Below, piece by piece: positions 10,808 through 20,844 of a DNA stretch of 64,000 bases (position 1 is its first letter; the number at the start of each line of letters is the position of its first letter). Source of the DNA: Candidatus Moanibacter sp. (GTDB lineage Bacteria > Verrucomicrobiota > Verrucomicrobiia > Opitutales > UBA2987). The DNA lies in assembly GCA_965215885.1 (NCBI GenBank), contig CBDCEW010000097.1, positions 1 to 64,000 on the forward strand. Reading direction: 5' to 3'. The position numbers were made by a program, and so were the translations under genes. A model generated the notes under the pieces. That model was not told where the DNA came from. It did not search any database and saw nothing but the letters and a program-made list of their open reading frames with translations.

Positions 10808-11002
10808 TTAAATAAGAAAGGCATGATCAATCAGCGGGTTTCTCGATTCCGTGGTAAATTCTTCTTCATTCGCGACGAGGGTTTCCGGATTTATGGCTTG
10901 GACCTCGGCCATCTCTGTCAAGACCGCAAGCGGCAACGGACCTTTCGACTTACGCGGGGCTTCGTTAAACACGTAGTAGCTGGTTTCTTTATCCCTTGGC
11001 AT
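10808..11002 (-). CDS. Small hypothetical protein, GYF_2/DUF4339-like
   Basis: 'YY...GPLPLAVL...INPETLV' resembles the GYF_2 pattern. Confidence 0.35.
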   Translation of the reverse strand: MPRDKETSYYVFNEAPRKSKGPLPLAVLTEMAEVQAINPETLVANEEEFTTESRNPLIDHAFLI

Positions 11003-11110
11003 CCTACCTATAATTCATAGCATCTTCCATCCCTCTGTCCATTGCAATCGGGAGTGGCGGTGGATTTCTTCTTGAGATAATAGGCCTCCTCGAGTTTGTA
11101 GTATAAGGCG

Positions 11111-12316
11111 ATGATAAGCGCATTTGAGGCAGAAGAGATCATCAGGAAGAATACCGGGATCTTGCCGACCGAGACGGTCCCGTTTCAGAAGGGCGTCGGG
11201 CGCGTTCTGCGCGAATGGGTAGTGGCTGATCGCGACTTGCCGCCCTTCGACCGGGTGATGATGGATGGTATCGCATTCTCCATCGAGGGATGGAAGAAAG
11301 GAATCCGACAGTTCAAGGTGGCCGGTCTACAGGCGGCAGGTGTACCGCCGTTAAGTCTGGAGAGAGAGGGGGACTGTCTCGAAATAATGACCGGCGCCGT
11401 CATGGCTGAAGGGTGCGATTGCGTGGTTCCCTACGAAGAAGTATCGATCGAAAATGGGATGGCAGCGGTTATTGAGGGTTTCGAACCGAAAGCTGGTGAG
11501 TTTGTCCACAAGAGGGGCAGCGACTTTCCTGTTGGTGCTGAATTAGTCCAACCGGGAGTTCGATTGACCGCGAAAGAAGTTGCCGTGGCGACGTCCTGTG
11601 GAAAATCGCATCTCAGTGTAACCCGGCAGGTGCGTCTGGGTATCGTCTCAACGGGAGATGAGTTGGTTCCCGTGGATGCCGATCCGGACAATTATCAGAT
11701 TCGCCAGTCGAACAATTTCGCCCTCGCAGCCGCTTTGGCGGCATTGGGTGTCGAGGATGTGATGAATGTGCATCTGGAAGACGATCCCGAAGTGATTGAA
11801 TCCACCTTGTCCGAATTGATGATGAAGGCAGATGTGATTCTGTTGAGTGGAGGAATCTCAAAAGGTAAATTCGATTATGTACCCGCGGTTTTGGAGAAAC
11901 TGGGAGTGGAGAAACACTTCCAGGGGGTTCGGCAGCGACCCGGTAAACCATTCTGGTACGGCCGGATGGAGGGGGGAGCATCCGTCTTTGCGCTCCCCGG
12001 TAATCCCCTCTCCACGCTCACCTGTTTTCATCGTTATGTCGTTCCCGCTCTGGAACAGATGCATGGCCTGAAAGATTCCTCTCCCCAATGGGCGGTTCTG
12101 GATCAGCCATACACATTCAGGCCTCCCTTGATGTGCTTTCTTCCCGTCATCGCAGGTGCGAGTGATACCGGCCTGGTCTCTGCCTCTCCTCGTCCGACAA
12201 AAAATTCCGGAGACTTCGCCTCCATCGTGCCGACGACTGGTTTTGTCGCACTGCTCGCTGAGGATCGCGATGACTTTCCGGAAGGCTATGTCGCCAGATA
12301 TTATCGGTGGCTGTAG
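11111..12316 (+). CDS. moeA: Molybdopterin molybdenumtransferase
   Basis: 'PPFDRVMMDG', 'IMTGA', 'STGDEL', 'SGGISKGKFDY', 'RPGKP', 'LPGNP'. Confidence 0.95.
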   Translation: MISAFEAEEIIRKNTGILPTETVPFQKGVGRVLREWVVADRDLPPFDRVMMDGIAFSIEGWKKGIRQFKVAGLQAAGVPPLSLEREGDCLEIMTGAVMAEGCDCVVPYEEVSIENGMAAVIEGFEPKAGEFVHKRGSDFPVGAELVQPGVRLTAKEVAVATSCGKSHLSVTRQVRLGIVSTGDELVPVDADPDNYQIRQSNNFALAAALAALGVEDVMNVHLEDDPEVIESTLSELMMKADVILLSGGISKGKFDYVPAVLEKLGVEKHFQGVRQRPGKPFWYGRMEGGASVFALPGNPLSTLTCFHRYVVPALEQMHGLKDSSPQWAVLDQPYTFRPPLMCFLPVIAGASDTGLVSASPRPTKNSGDFASIVPTTGFVALLAEDRDDFPEGYVARYYRWL

Positions 12317-12380
12317 GATTCTGACGGCTGGATCACGACCGCTGGCCGACTCAGATAGGGAACATTGATCACCGTCAATA

Positions 12381-12449
12381 GGTTGTAGGAGAGGCTTTAT
12401 GCCTCGATGCGAACTTGCTCGATCGCGGGATAAACCCGCTCCTACAACC
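12381..12449. repeat. GTAG-type REP doublet
   Basis: GGTTGTAGGAGAGGCTTTATGCCTCGAT...ATCGCGGGATAAACCCGCTCCTACAACC. Confidence 0.7.
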
Positions 12450-12519
12450 CTTACGGGCATTCGTATCAGTTCTTGAACTCCTGATATATTTGATAGAGAA
12501 ACACCATCAGATTCCTGGC

Positions 12520-12996
12520 ATGCCTGACTTGTCGCACATAAATCCCGAGAACCAGCCGGAAATGGTGGACGTCGGGCACAAAGACGTATCCGCAAGGATG
12601 GCGCATGCCCAGGCGGTTGTCCTGCTCAACGCCGAGATTATGGCCCTGCTTGAAGGGGACGAATTGTTAAGTAGAAAGGGACCGGTATTTCAGACCGCGA
12701 TTATTGCCGGGGTGATGGCTGCGAAGAGGACGCACGAATTGATTCCTCTGTGCCATCCCGTTCCCCTTGAGGACTGCAAGATTACGATCAAGCCGATTGA
12801 CGTTAACCGCCTGATCATCGATTGCGTCGCCAAAGCGCATCACAAAACCGGGGTAGAGATGGAAGCCCTGACCGCCGTCAGTGTAGCCGCCCTGACCGTC
12901 TATGATATGTGCAAGGCAGTATCCAAGGCCATCGTCATCGAGTCGGTGCGCCTCGTTGAAAAGACCGGCGGTAAAAGCGATTATCACCGTGTGTAG
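12520..12996 (+). CDS. moaC: Cyclic pyranopterin monophosphate synthase
   Basis: 'LSH...MVDVGHK', 'LIPLCHP', 'KTGVEMEALT', 'YDMCKA', 'KTGGKS'; start at ATG 12520. Confidence 0.95.
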   Translation: MPDLSHINPENQPEMVDVGHKDVSARMAHAQAVVLLNAEIMALLEGDELLSRKGPVFQTAIIAGVMAAKRTHELIPLCHPVPLEDCKITIKPIDVNRLIIDCVAKAHHKTGVEMEALTAVSVAALTVYDMCKAVSKAIVIESVRLVEKTGGKSDYHRV

Positions 12997-13041
12997 GACC
13001 GCGCGCCACCCCGGCACAAGACCCATCGTTCTGAATTTCGG

Positions 13042-13058
13042 TTGGCACGCAAATTGCG
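13042..13058 (+). promoter_or_regulatory. Sigma-54 -24/-12 motif inside the IS end, antisense to the transposase
   Basis: TTGGCACGCAAATTGC matches TGGCAC-N5-TTGC. Confidence 0.45.
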
Positions 13059-13120
13059 TGGAGTTCTCTAGTTAGAGCATGAAGAAAATGGGGAGCAGAG
13101 GGAGGGCACTGGAGTCGTTG

Positions 13121-14938
13121 TCAGGAGGCAATCCGATGGGGTTGCGGGTTTAAGGATTGATCCTGGCGATTACAGACTTCGAAGAGTTCCTCAAGGAAGT
13201 TTTCTTTTCGCAGGAGCTTTTTGGGCAATCGACCCACGGCGAGGGTTTTTCTGTTCGCCCGCCAGTGACTGAAGGGGGGTGCTTTCTGTGCAGCCTGGGC
13301 AAGCTTTTGGGGCAGATTATCGATACTGCCTAAAACCAGCTCCACATAGCGGGGATTGTGTAAGTTGGCCAGGAGCATGTATTCTTCGGGGAGCGCTTCA
13401 AAGTCGCGCGTCAGATTTTTGCGCCCGTGGGTTTGACGGCGTTTGCGCTTGGAGGTGCGCCAGGTGCCTTCCAGCTCATTGGTCGTGCGTACGCTGTCTG
13501 GATGGGCCGGTGGGGGAAGCAGCCGCTGCCAGTATTTGTCCAGATGAGTGACCACGGTGCGGTAGAGTTTGGCTTTCGAGGGGTTGGTCAGGGAGGCGCC
13601 TTTTTGGCGATATTGGGCACGCAGCAACTGGAGAGCCTCGGTGAGCTCAGCGGCTTGTCCTGCTTGCAACAGATAAGGGTCGCTTAAAGGGCAGGGGCCG
13701 CTGGCGCTGAGCCAAAGGGCATCGCGCAAAGCGCTGAAAATGCAAAAAGCGTTTTCATAGATAGTAGCGGCTTCGATGACGAGGGCATCAGCCAGATACT
13801 GCTTCAACCCGGTCGAAAGATGAAAGAAGCTTCGCAGAACAGAGCAACTGGCAGGAGCGCGGGCAAGCCACTGCTCCAGGGCGGCATGGGCGCGCACGAC
13901 CCGCCGATGCCAATAAAGCAGGTAAGGATCGAAGGGAAAGCCCTGGCGGTGACCGTCGCAGGGATAATCCAAAATCCACAATTGCAGGGCCATGAGCAGT
14001 TCCCGTGCAAGGGTGGGATCGAAGGGCACTGCGAGCGCTTTGGCGGTGAGCAAATCGGCCAGGACGAGGGCGTGTTTTTCACGGAGGGCGTCACGGAGCT
14101 TTGCGGTGATGTGTTTGCGTTGCTCGCGCATGCGCTCCATGAGCTTCAATTGCCGCAAGCGCCCGTTGAGCATCTGCTGGGGTTTTCGATAAAGCTGTTC
14201 GCCCACATTGCGGGCGAAATGATAATGGCAGACGCCATGGGGGGCCTGGAAGGTTTCGCTCTCGCAGGCCTTGCTGATCTGAGCGCTTAAATCATGATAG
14301 ACATGGTGGGGTTGGCCAAAAGCCCGGGCCGCCCGGGCAAAACAGCCACTGATCGTTTCGCTCTGTTCGGAAGGCATTTTCCAGCTGCCCAAAAGGATCC
14401 CTTCGTCGGCTTCCTGAACAGCGAAGAAAACCGGCGTCTGCGGTTCCACGGTCCCATCCACCAGCCAGCGCAGGCAAGGGCGAGCGCTCAGGTAATCTTT
14501 AAGCACCGGAGCGGCCGCGGCGTGCAGCCGACCCAGATAAAAAAGAAACTTCTGCTGCATCTCATAGAGGCTGCTTTGAGCAATCTGCAGCTGCCCCGGG
14601 CCCTCGCGCAGTTCCCTGTGCACCTCTTTGAGGGTGGCGCTTTCGCACAAACATCGCTTGCCCACATAGGCAATCAGATCGTAAGCGTAGCGACTATGCG
14701 AGGGCACGATCTGTTCCAGGCGAGCAGAACGGTAGCTGTTGCGGTGGCTCCCTTGCCCCTGCTCGCGCACAACTTCCACCGCCTGGAAGCATCCATAGGA
14801 GAAACTGACCACCTTGCGGCGCAGGGTCTTGCGCACCTCTGAAGGACCCTCTTCGTCCTCCCGGGCATCGAAGCGATAACTCGTTTGCGCAGGCACAGCC
14901 CCCACCGTTTGCAGGGCCCGTTCAGCCTCTGCCCGCAA
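13121..14938 (-). CDS. Putative DDE transposase (Mutator/IS256-like)
   Basis: 'LVDGT', 'YHDLS', 'CHYH', 'RTTNELE' (D-D-CxxH-E layout); true start uncertain. Confidence 0.75.
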   Translation of the reverse strand: MRAEAERALQTVGAVPAQTSYRFDAREDEEGPSEVRKTLRRKVVSFSYGCFQAVEVVREQGQGSHRNSYRSARLEQIVPSHSRYAYDLIAYVGKRCLCESATLKEVHRELREGPGQLQIAQSSLYEMQQKFLFYLGRLHAAAAPVLKDYLSARPCLRWLVDGTVEPQTPVFFAVQEADEGILLGSWKMPSEQSETISGCFARAARAFGQPHHVYHDLSAQISKACESETFQAPHGVCHYHFARNVGEQLYRKPQQMLNGRLRQLKLMERMREQRKHITAKLRDALREKHALVLADLLTAKALAVPFDPTLARELLMALQLWILDYPCDGHRQGFPFDPYLLYWHRRVVRAHAALEQWLARAPASCSVLRSFFHLSTGLKQYLADALVIEAATIYENAFCIFSALRDALWLSASGPCPLSDPYLLQAGQAAELTEALQLLRAQYRQKGASLTNPSKAKLYRTVVTHLDKYWQRLLPPPAHPDSVRTTNELEGTWRTSKRKRRQTHGRKNLTRDFEALPEEYMLLANLHNPRYVELVLGSIDNLPQKLAQAAQKAPPFSHWRANRKTLAVGRLPKKLLRKENFLEELFEVCNRQDQSLNPQPHRIAS

Positions 14939-14939
14939 A

Positions 14940-15692
14940 TCATGTAACAGCTCCGCTACCGCGATCGGTCCGGTTTTTTTTGAGCGAGTAAAACGCCATC
15001 ACCCGCTCAATTTGCTCCCCGCTCAGCTCTACTCCCTGCTCTTGCATAAGCTCGACAAGCTCCTTGACCCCGGCCTCGGGATGGCCGATACAGGCGACCA
15101 GCAAAGCGATCACGACCATCGTTTCGAGCCCTTCGGGAGCTGCCTGCAAAGCGCCCCCGGGGTCCCCTGCCTGAACTTGTGCCGCTGTTCTTCGCCCTTG
15201 CCGCCGCTTTTTCTGTTCGGCCCCGCCCTGTTCCCCGGCCGAGACATACACGCAGTGACGCCCTTCATAGTATCGACTCAACCGCTTCTTTCTACAAAGC
15301 ACGCTTATGGGGTTGTGCACCCGTACCCCAAGGAGGGTCTCCAACTCAGCCACCGTGTAGCCGCAAAGCGAAGCTCCCACCACCGCCTCCACGGTCTCCT
15401 CCAAGGTGCCGTGGCGCGAAAAGCGCCCCTTGCGAAAACGCCACAAACCGGCCCCGTCAAAGCGCGGAATGTCTTTCAAGCTCAGGTAGCCACAATTGGC
15501 ATTGTAACTGGAGTAATGGCCATATTTTTGCAAAGCCCGATAGACCGTTCGCCGCGACACCCTCTGCTCCTTCATCAGCCTCCACACCGTGCTTACCCGA
15601 TCCCGCCGTACCGCTTCGACCACCTCCCTCTCTTTACGCGAAAGCTCTTCTTGCATGCACCGGCACAGTATGGAAAGGAGGCAAAACTGCAA
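14940..15692 (-). CDS. IS-associated HTH-like accessory protein
   Basis: Inside the TIRs; HTH-like 'VSRRTVYRAL'; A8 run near the 3' end. Confidence 0.65.
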   Translation of the reverse strand: MQFCLLSILCRCMQEELSRKEREVVEAVRRDRVSTVWRLMKEQRVSRRTVYRALQKYGHYSSYNANCGYLSLKDIPRFDGAGLWRFRKGRFSRHGTLEETVEAVVGASLCGYTVAELETLLGVRVHNPISVLCRKKRLSRYYEGRHCVYVSAGEQGGAEQKKRRQGRRTAAQVQAGDPGGALQAAPEGLETMVVIALLVACIGHPEAGVKELVELMQEQGVELSGEQIERVMAFYSLKKNRTDRGSGAVT

Positions 15693-16052
15693 ACTTTATT
15701 TTACATACAATGCCAATACCAACTTTCTCCAGCTCCCTTCGCTTCTACTCAATTGCCACCAGAAATCAACTCCCCGTTCAAAGCGCTTTTGTAACTGATT
15801 AATACTCAACAAGTTTCTAACTGAAAACAAACCTGCAGGAAAAGCTCTCTACCTCTAACGAACCCACACACAACAATCGTTGAAACTCCATTCTGGCATA
15901 CTATGTAATCAATAGAATCTTGCAAGTGCCTGAATAACATTTACTTTGGGTTCTCCAACCCAATTTCGTAATTATGGGCACAAGACCGGGGCAGCCTCAG
16001 AAAGGCTAAACAGGTACCTGCCGCTCCCGGCTTGCCGGGATTAGGAAGATTC

Positions 16053-18641
16053 CTAGTTCATCACAAGCCGATCATCAACAACTCGAAATCTCACCACGTC
16101 GCCTTCCGCGATTTCACCCTTGATGAGAGATCGGGCAAGCCGATTTTCCACCTGCTTTTGCAGAAACCGCTTGAGTGGACGCGCCCCATAAACCGGATCG
16201 TAGCCCCGCTCCGCTACCCACTCCCGCGTGCCGTTACACAGTTCCACAGTGACTCGTCGCTCCTCGAGCCGAACGTTAAGCTCCTTCAACTGTAAGTCCA
16301 CGATCTGATTTATTTCTTCTAAACTGAGCGGCGTGAAGAGAACCGTATCGTCGATGCGGTTGAGAAACTCCGGCCGAAATACCTGACGGAGCTCCGTCAT
16401 AATCGACTCACGAGTCGACTCAGAAATTTCATCTCCTGCGAGATCCTCCTGAAGATAGCGACTTCCGATATTCGAAGTCATTATGACTACGGTGTTCTTG
16501 AAGTCCACCATGTGTCCCTGTGCATCCGTTATCCTTCCATCATCCATGATCTGCAAGAGGACGTTGAATACGTCCGGATGAGCCTTTTCAATCTCATCGA
16601 AGAGAATCACCGAATAGGGCTTCCTTCGCACTGCTTCGCTTAGTTGCCCACCCTCGTCGTAACCGACATAGCCGGGGGGAGCTCCTATCAGGCGTGAAAC
16701 CGAGTGCTTCTCCATATACTCCGACATATCGAGCCTCACCAGATTAGCCTCGCTGTCGAAGAGCGATTCAGCGAGCGTCTTCGCCAGCTCAGTCTTCCCC
16801 ACCCCGGTTGGTCCCAGGAAGAGAAAGCTCCCGATCGGCCGATCGGGATCCTTGATGCCCGATCGAGCTCTCAGAATCGCCTCAGCGACGGACTCAACAG
16901 CTTCATCCTGGCCAACCACGCGCTCATGCATGACTTCGTCGAGTCGGAGCAATTTCTCTTTCTCGCCTTCCAGCAGGCGATTGATCGGAACCCCTGACCA
17001 CTGGGACACGATCTCGGCGATTTCCTCTGCGGACACCTCCTCCTTTATCAAGCCATTATCTTTTTCGCTTTGCTCGAGCTCACTGAAATGTGCCTCGAGT
17101 CGGGGCAGCCTGCCATGACGCAGTTCCGCGGCCTGGCTGAGGTCGTATTTGCGCTCCGCTTCCTCCATCGCAAGTTTCGTCTCCTCGATTTCCTCGCGCA
17201 CCTTCTGTACTTGCCCGATCGACTCTTTTTCTGCCTCCCACCGTCGTCGCAGATGCCCGGCTTCCTCTCGAATATCCACCAACTCCTTCCGTAACTCTTC
17301 CAGACGCTGCCTGCTCGAATCATCTTTTTCCTTCTTCAGTGCCGCTTCCTCAATCTCGAGCTGCATCACTCGACGGCTGAGTTCGTCCAGATCCGTCGGC
17401 ATGCTGTCCATCTCCGTGCGAATCATAGCACACGCTTCATCGACGAGGTCGATCGCCTTATCCGGCAGGAAGCGATCGGTAATATAGCGGTTGGATAGGA
17501 CTGCCGCATTGACGAGTGCATTGTCCTGAATGTGCACGCCGTGATACACTTCATAGCGATCCTTCAGCCCTCGCAGGATGGAAATCGTGTCCTCCACAGC
17601 CGGCTGGTCGACCATTACCGTCTGAAACCGGCGTTCTAGAGCGGCATCCTTTTCAATGTACCTGCGATGCTCATCGAGCGTGGTAGCGCCGATACAGTGC
17701 AATTCGCCTCGAGCAAGCATCGGCTTCAGCATATTACCGGCATCGATCGCCCCTTCCGCTTTTCCAGCGCCGACAATGGTGTGCAATTCGTCAATAAAGA
17801 GAATGATCTGTCCGTCACTCTCCTTAATCTCCTTTAAGACCGCCTTGAGGCGCTCTTCGAATTCGCCTCGAAATTTGGCGCCCGCTAACAACGCGCCCAT
17901 GTCCAATGCGAATATCGTCTTCTCCTTCAACCCTTCCGGAACATCGCCCCTCACAATTCGCTGTGCCAGCCCCTCTACGATTGCCGTTTTTCCAACTCCC
18001 GGGTCGCCTATCATGACCGGATTATTTTTCGTTTTCCGAGACAGAATTCGAATAACCCGGCGAATTTCCCCGTCCCGACCGATCACAGGGTCCAATTTTC
18101 CCCGCCTCGCATGTTCGACTAAATCGATCCCATACTTATCGAGCGCCTCATAGGTCGCTTCAGGATTCTGAGAGTTCACCTGCTGATTTCCTCGTACCTC
18201 TTTCATGGCCTTGAGTACCTTCTTTTCATCGATCCCGAAATTCCTAAAGAACTGCTGCAGCTTCGCTTCGCTCTTCGCCTTCACCAGACCCAAAAAGATA
18301 TGCTCAACGCTGATATACTGATCGTTCAGACGCCCGGCGGCGCCTTCCGCTACCGAGATCGCATCCTGCACGACCTGGGTGATGTATACACGAGAGGTGT
18401 CCACGTCCCCCGTCACCGAAGGAAGACTGTTCAACTCTCGTTCCAATGCTAATTCCACCGCGTTCGGTGTAATATCCATCTTCTCCAAAAGGCTCCTGAC
18501 CATTCCGTATTCCTGCGAAACAAGCGCCCATAAGAGATGCCAGCCATCAGTGGTCTGGTGATTTCGCTTTCGAGAGATGTTTTGCGCCTCCAACAGACTC
18601 TCCCCGGCCTTTTCCGTAAACCTGTTCATGTCGATACTCAT
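16053..18641 (-). CDS. clpB: ATP-dependent chaperone ClpB
   Basis: Two AAA+ modules ([16 protein letters not shown]), coiled-coil M-domain, 'GYVGY'; GGAGGAG RBS before ATG 18641. Confidence 0.97.
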   Translation of the reverse strand: MSIDMNRFTEKAGESLLEAQNISRKRNHQTTDGWHLLWALVSQEYGMVRSLLEKMDITPNAVELALERELNSLPSVTGDVDTSRVYITQVVQDAISVAEGAAGRLNDQYISVEHIFLGLVKAKSEAKLQQFFRNFGIDEKKVLKAMKEVRGNQQVNSQNPEATYEALDKYGIDLVEHARRGKLDPVIGRDGEIRRVIRILSRKTKNNPVMIGDPGVGKTAIVEGLAQRIVRGDVPEGLKEKTIFALDMGALLAGAKFRGEFEERLKAVLKEIKESDGQIILFIDELHTIVGAGKAEGAIDAGNMLKPMLARGELHCIGATTLDEHRRYIEKDAALERRFQTVMVDQPAVEDTISILRGLKDRYEVYHGVHIQDNALVNAAVLSNRYITDRFLPDKAIDLVDEACAMIRTEMDSMPTDLDELSRRVMQLEIEEAALKKEKDDSSRQRLEELRKELVDIREEAGHLRRRWEAEKESIGQVQKVREEIEETKLAMEEAERKYDLSQAAELRHGRLPRLEAHFSELEQSEKDNGLIKEEVSAEEIAEIVSQWSGVPINRLLEGEKEKLLRLDEVMHERVVGQDEAVESVAEAILRARSGIKDPDRPIGSFLFLGPTGVGKTELAKTLAESLFDSEANLVRLDMSEYMEKHSVSRLIGAPPGYVGYDEGGQLSEAVRRKPYSVILFDEIEKAHPDVFNVLLQIMDDGRITDAQGHMVDFKNTVVIMTSNIGSRYLQEDLAGDEISESTRESIMTELRQVFRPEFLNRIDDTVLFTPLSLEEINQIVDLQLKELNVRLEERRVTVELCNGTREWVAERGYDPVYGARPLKRFLQKQVENRLARSLIKGEIAEGDVVRFRVVDDRLVMN

Positions 18642-18682
18642 TGGTTTCTCCTCCTTTTTTCCTGTTCCTATACGTACGCACT

Positions 18683-18699
18683 CGCAAGTTCTGTTCCAA
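18683..18699 (-). promoter_or_regulatory. Putative sigma-54 promoter of clpB
   Basis: Minus strand TTGGAACAGAACTTGC (GG-N10-GC), about 40 nt upstream of the start. Confidence 0.5.
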
Positions 18700-19043
18700 A
18701 AGCAACTTTCCGTGGAAATTGCTCCTCCAGACATAAGATCTTTGATATCAACGCCTTGGAATTCCATACCGCACTTTCCCGTCGGTACATTTCTCCTTCA
18801 ATAAGCCATCAGACAGTTCCCGCACGAATGGGCGGGACATAATGTCACAGTGGCAACCGTTTATGACCTCCACGCCATGGAACCGGAGAAACCGTCTGAA
18901 TTGCGCCGCGAGCCGGTACTTGGTAAATCTCCTCAAGCTTCAAACCCGAAGAGTCGCACACACGAAAGCGAGGCAGAAGAGATTGACACTATTGGAAGGA
19001 CACTCTTAAAGGGCCTCAGCTCGACTTCTGCGGAAACGAGACC

Positions 19044-19403
19044 ATGAGCGACAAGGCTGTGTCAGAGGATTTATACGACCGAAACCGAAATATGGTATTC
19101 GTCTACGGTCTCTTTGGAATCGGCGGTCTTTGCCTTGGTATTTACGGTCTCGTGACTGGTGAAATGAGCATGTCCGAGCGACCTTCCGCTATGACCTACT
19201 CTCGGACGATAGGTGTTCTTCACGGCACACTCGCATATCTTACGACCTTCATTTTCCTTCTCGTGGCCTTTCTCAGCTGGAATGCGGTGCGGAGTTTTAG
19301 AAACGGGAATAACAGGCTTCTCTTTCGCCTGGGAGTATCAACAATCACATTATTCGTGGCAAACGTGGTCTTTATCAGAGTGATGATTGCGATTTATGGA
19401 TAA
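19044..19403 (+). CDS. Hypothetical membrane protein
   Basis: 119 aa, three hydrophobic segments; overlaps the next gene. Confidence 0.55.
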   Translation: MSDKAVSEDLYDRNRNMVFVYGLFGIGGLCLGIYGLVTGEMSMSERPSAMTYSRTIGVLHGTLAYLTTFIFLLVAFLSWNAVRSFRNGNNRLLFRLGVSTITLFVANVVFIRVMIAIYG

Positions 19404-19707
19404 AGAAGATCTTAGAAAACATTGGACGGATGCAAACAACTGGCGCGCTGGGATAGTTTACAACTGTCCTGCGGATCCACGCATCATCGTTCCACTGCGC
19501 TCCAAGGGCACCGGCTACGCCATAAACTTTGCCCACAGCGGCGCGCCGCTCGTTCTGACGGGAATAATCCTAGCTCTGCTGGCGCCCTTCTCTGCCCTTC
19601 TTGTTTTTGAGTTCGTGGTCGGAATTTTAGTCTCTCTGGTTTCATTCTCTATTGTCGTCGGTTTCCTCACTTTCCTCTGTCATCGGGAAGCAACAAGGGA
19701 AGGGTAG
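19396..19707 (+). CDS. DUF5808-like membrane protein
   Basis: 'NWRAGIVYNCPADPRIIVP...GYAINFAH' followed by TM helices. Confidence 0.6.
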   Translation: MDKEDLRKHWTDANNWRAGIVYNCPADPRIIVPLRSKGTGYAINFAHSGAPLVLTGIILALLAPFSALLVFEFVVGILVSLVSFSIVVGFLTFLCHREATREG

Positions 19708-19828
19708 AGGGAGAGACCACATTTGTGTGTTACCCACTCACTTCCCACAGCCCGTAGGACATTGAGACTCTGGAATTTTGAGACTATCATCTGATCCTGG
19801 TGAAAGAGTCGCCGTTTCGGCATGCGCG

Positions 19829-19903
19829 ACCACGTTCTTGCGAACGCGGCTACACATATCAACGACTTCCGGAATTTCGTAGCCGCGTTCGCAAGAACGT
19901 GGT
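19829..19903. repeat. GTAG-type REP doublet / bidirectional terminator candidate
   Basis: Perfect 25-bp IR ACCACGTTCTTGCGAACGCGGCTAC / GTAGCCGCGTTCGCAAGAACGTGGT between convergent genes. Confidence 0.8.
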
Positions 19904-19927
19904 GGTTTTCGGCAGACTCTCAATTTT

Positions 19928-20581
19928 TCACGCCTTATTCGTCACAACCGCTTTTCTTCGCCGAGGAAAACAGGCACGGCAAATCTGGCAGACGGTGCCG
20001 TCGCAGCCGCGTGCCGTACAGAATTCCCGGCCATAGTAAATGATCTGAAGGTGGAGTCTGCTCCAACTCTCAATGGGAAAAATCCTCTTTAGATCGGCCT
20101 CCGTCTCCCGTACATTTTTTCCCTTTGTAAGCCCCCAGCGCTGTGCCAGACGATGGATGTGCGTGTCGACCGGAAAGGCCGTTTTTCCGAATGCCTGGAT
20201 CATCATTACCGAGGCAGTTTTGTGCCCCACTCCCGGCAGTGCCTCCAACGCTTCGAAACTTTCCGGCACCTTTCCCTCGTAGTCCCTCGTCAAAATCTTA
20301 GAAAGCTGCGAGATCCCTTTGGCCTTGTTGTTGGACAGTCCGCAGGGACGAATCACCTTTTCTATGCGGCTGACAGCTAGGCGGGCCATCGCGCCCGGAC
20401 TGTCGGCCAATCGGAAAAGGTCCGGTGTCGTGCGGTTTACCCTTTCATCTGTGCACTGGGCCGAAAGTACGACCGCGACTAAGAGAGTGTAAGAGTCCTT
20501 ATGGCGTAACGGGATATCCGGTTCCGGGTAAACGCGATCCAGTTCCTCAAGTATATACGAGCCTCGCTCCTTTTTTGTCAT
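19928..20581 (-). CDS. nth: Endonuclease III
   Basis: 'LSAQCTD', HhH 'LPGVGHKTA', 'VDTHIHR', C-terminal Cys cluster. Confidence 0.95.
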   Translation of the reverse strand: MTKKERGSYILEELDRVYPEPDIPLRHKDSYTLLVAVVLSAQCTDERVNRTTPDLFRLADSPGAMARLAVSRIEKVIRPCGLSNNKAKGISQLSKILTRDYEGKVPESFEALEALPGVGHKTASVMMIQAFGKTAFPVDTHIHRLAQRWGLTKGKNVRETEADLKRIFPIESWSRLHLQIIYYGREFCTARGCDGTVCQICRACFPRRRKAVVTNKA

Positions 20582-20844
20582 TGATACTCAATTCCTGTAT
20601 CTGACTACCAAACTGACCGACCACCAATCCAGATCAAAAGTTCAGTAAAGGCTGCGATTACTCGCCTAACCGAAAAAAGGGTTATTTTTCAACTCAACCG
20701 GGAACAGAAGTTTGTAAATCCCTTTTTCAGACTCTCGTTAATGCGCATAAGGGTTATTAGTCTGCAGATCTCACAGCCCGGCGTAACCGCAAACAAAGAA
20801 CGAATTTAGATCACAACGAGAGATGCACCTTCCCAGTACTCTCT

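Larger units (their letters stand above)
13024..15976 (-). mobile_element. Unclassified two-ORF insertion sequence, Mutator/IS256-like (2953 bp)
   Basis: Imperfect 22-bp TIR (CATCGTTCTGAATTTCGGTTGG vs CATAATTACGAAATTGGGTTGG, 16/22); 11-bp TSD GGCACAAGACC (13013-13023, 15977-15987). Confidence 0.85.

Noticed and set aside
10612..11110. Moco riboswitch between moaA and moeA
   Set aside because: No recognisable conserved elements by eye; an Rfam cmsearch would be needed.
18670..18705. CIRCE operator upstream of clpB
   Set aside because: Only one half-site resembles GAGTGCTAA; the sigma-54 pattern fits better.
20630..20810. C-terminal remnant of an ATPase gene (SSVKAAITRL...FVNPFFR)
   Set aside because: Too short and has no start; the resemblance cannot be supported without a search.
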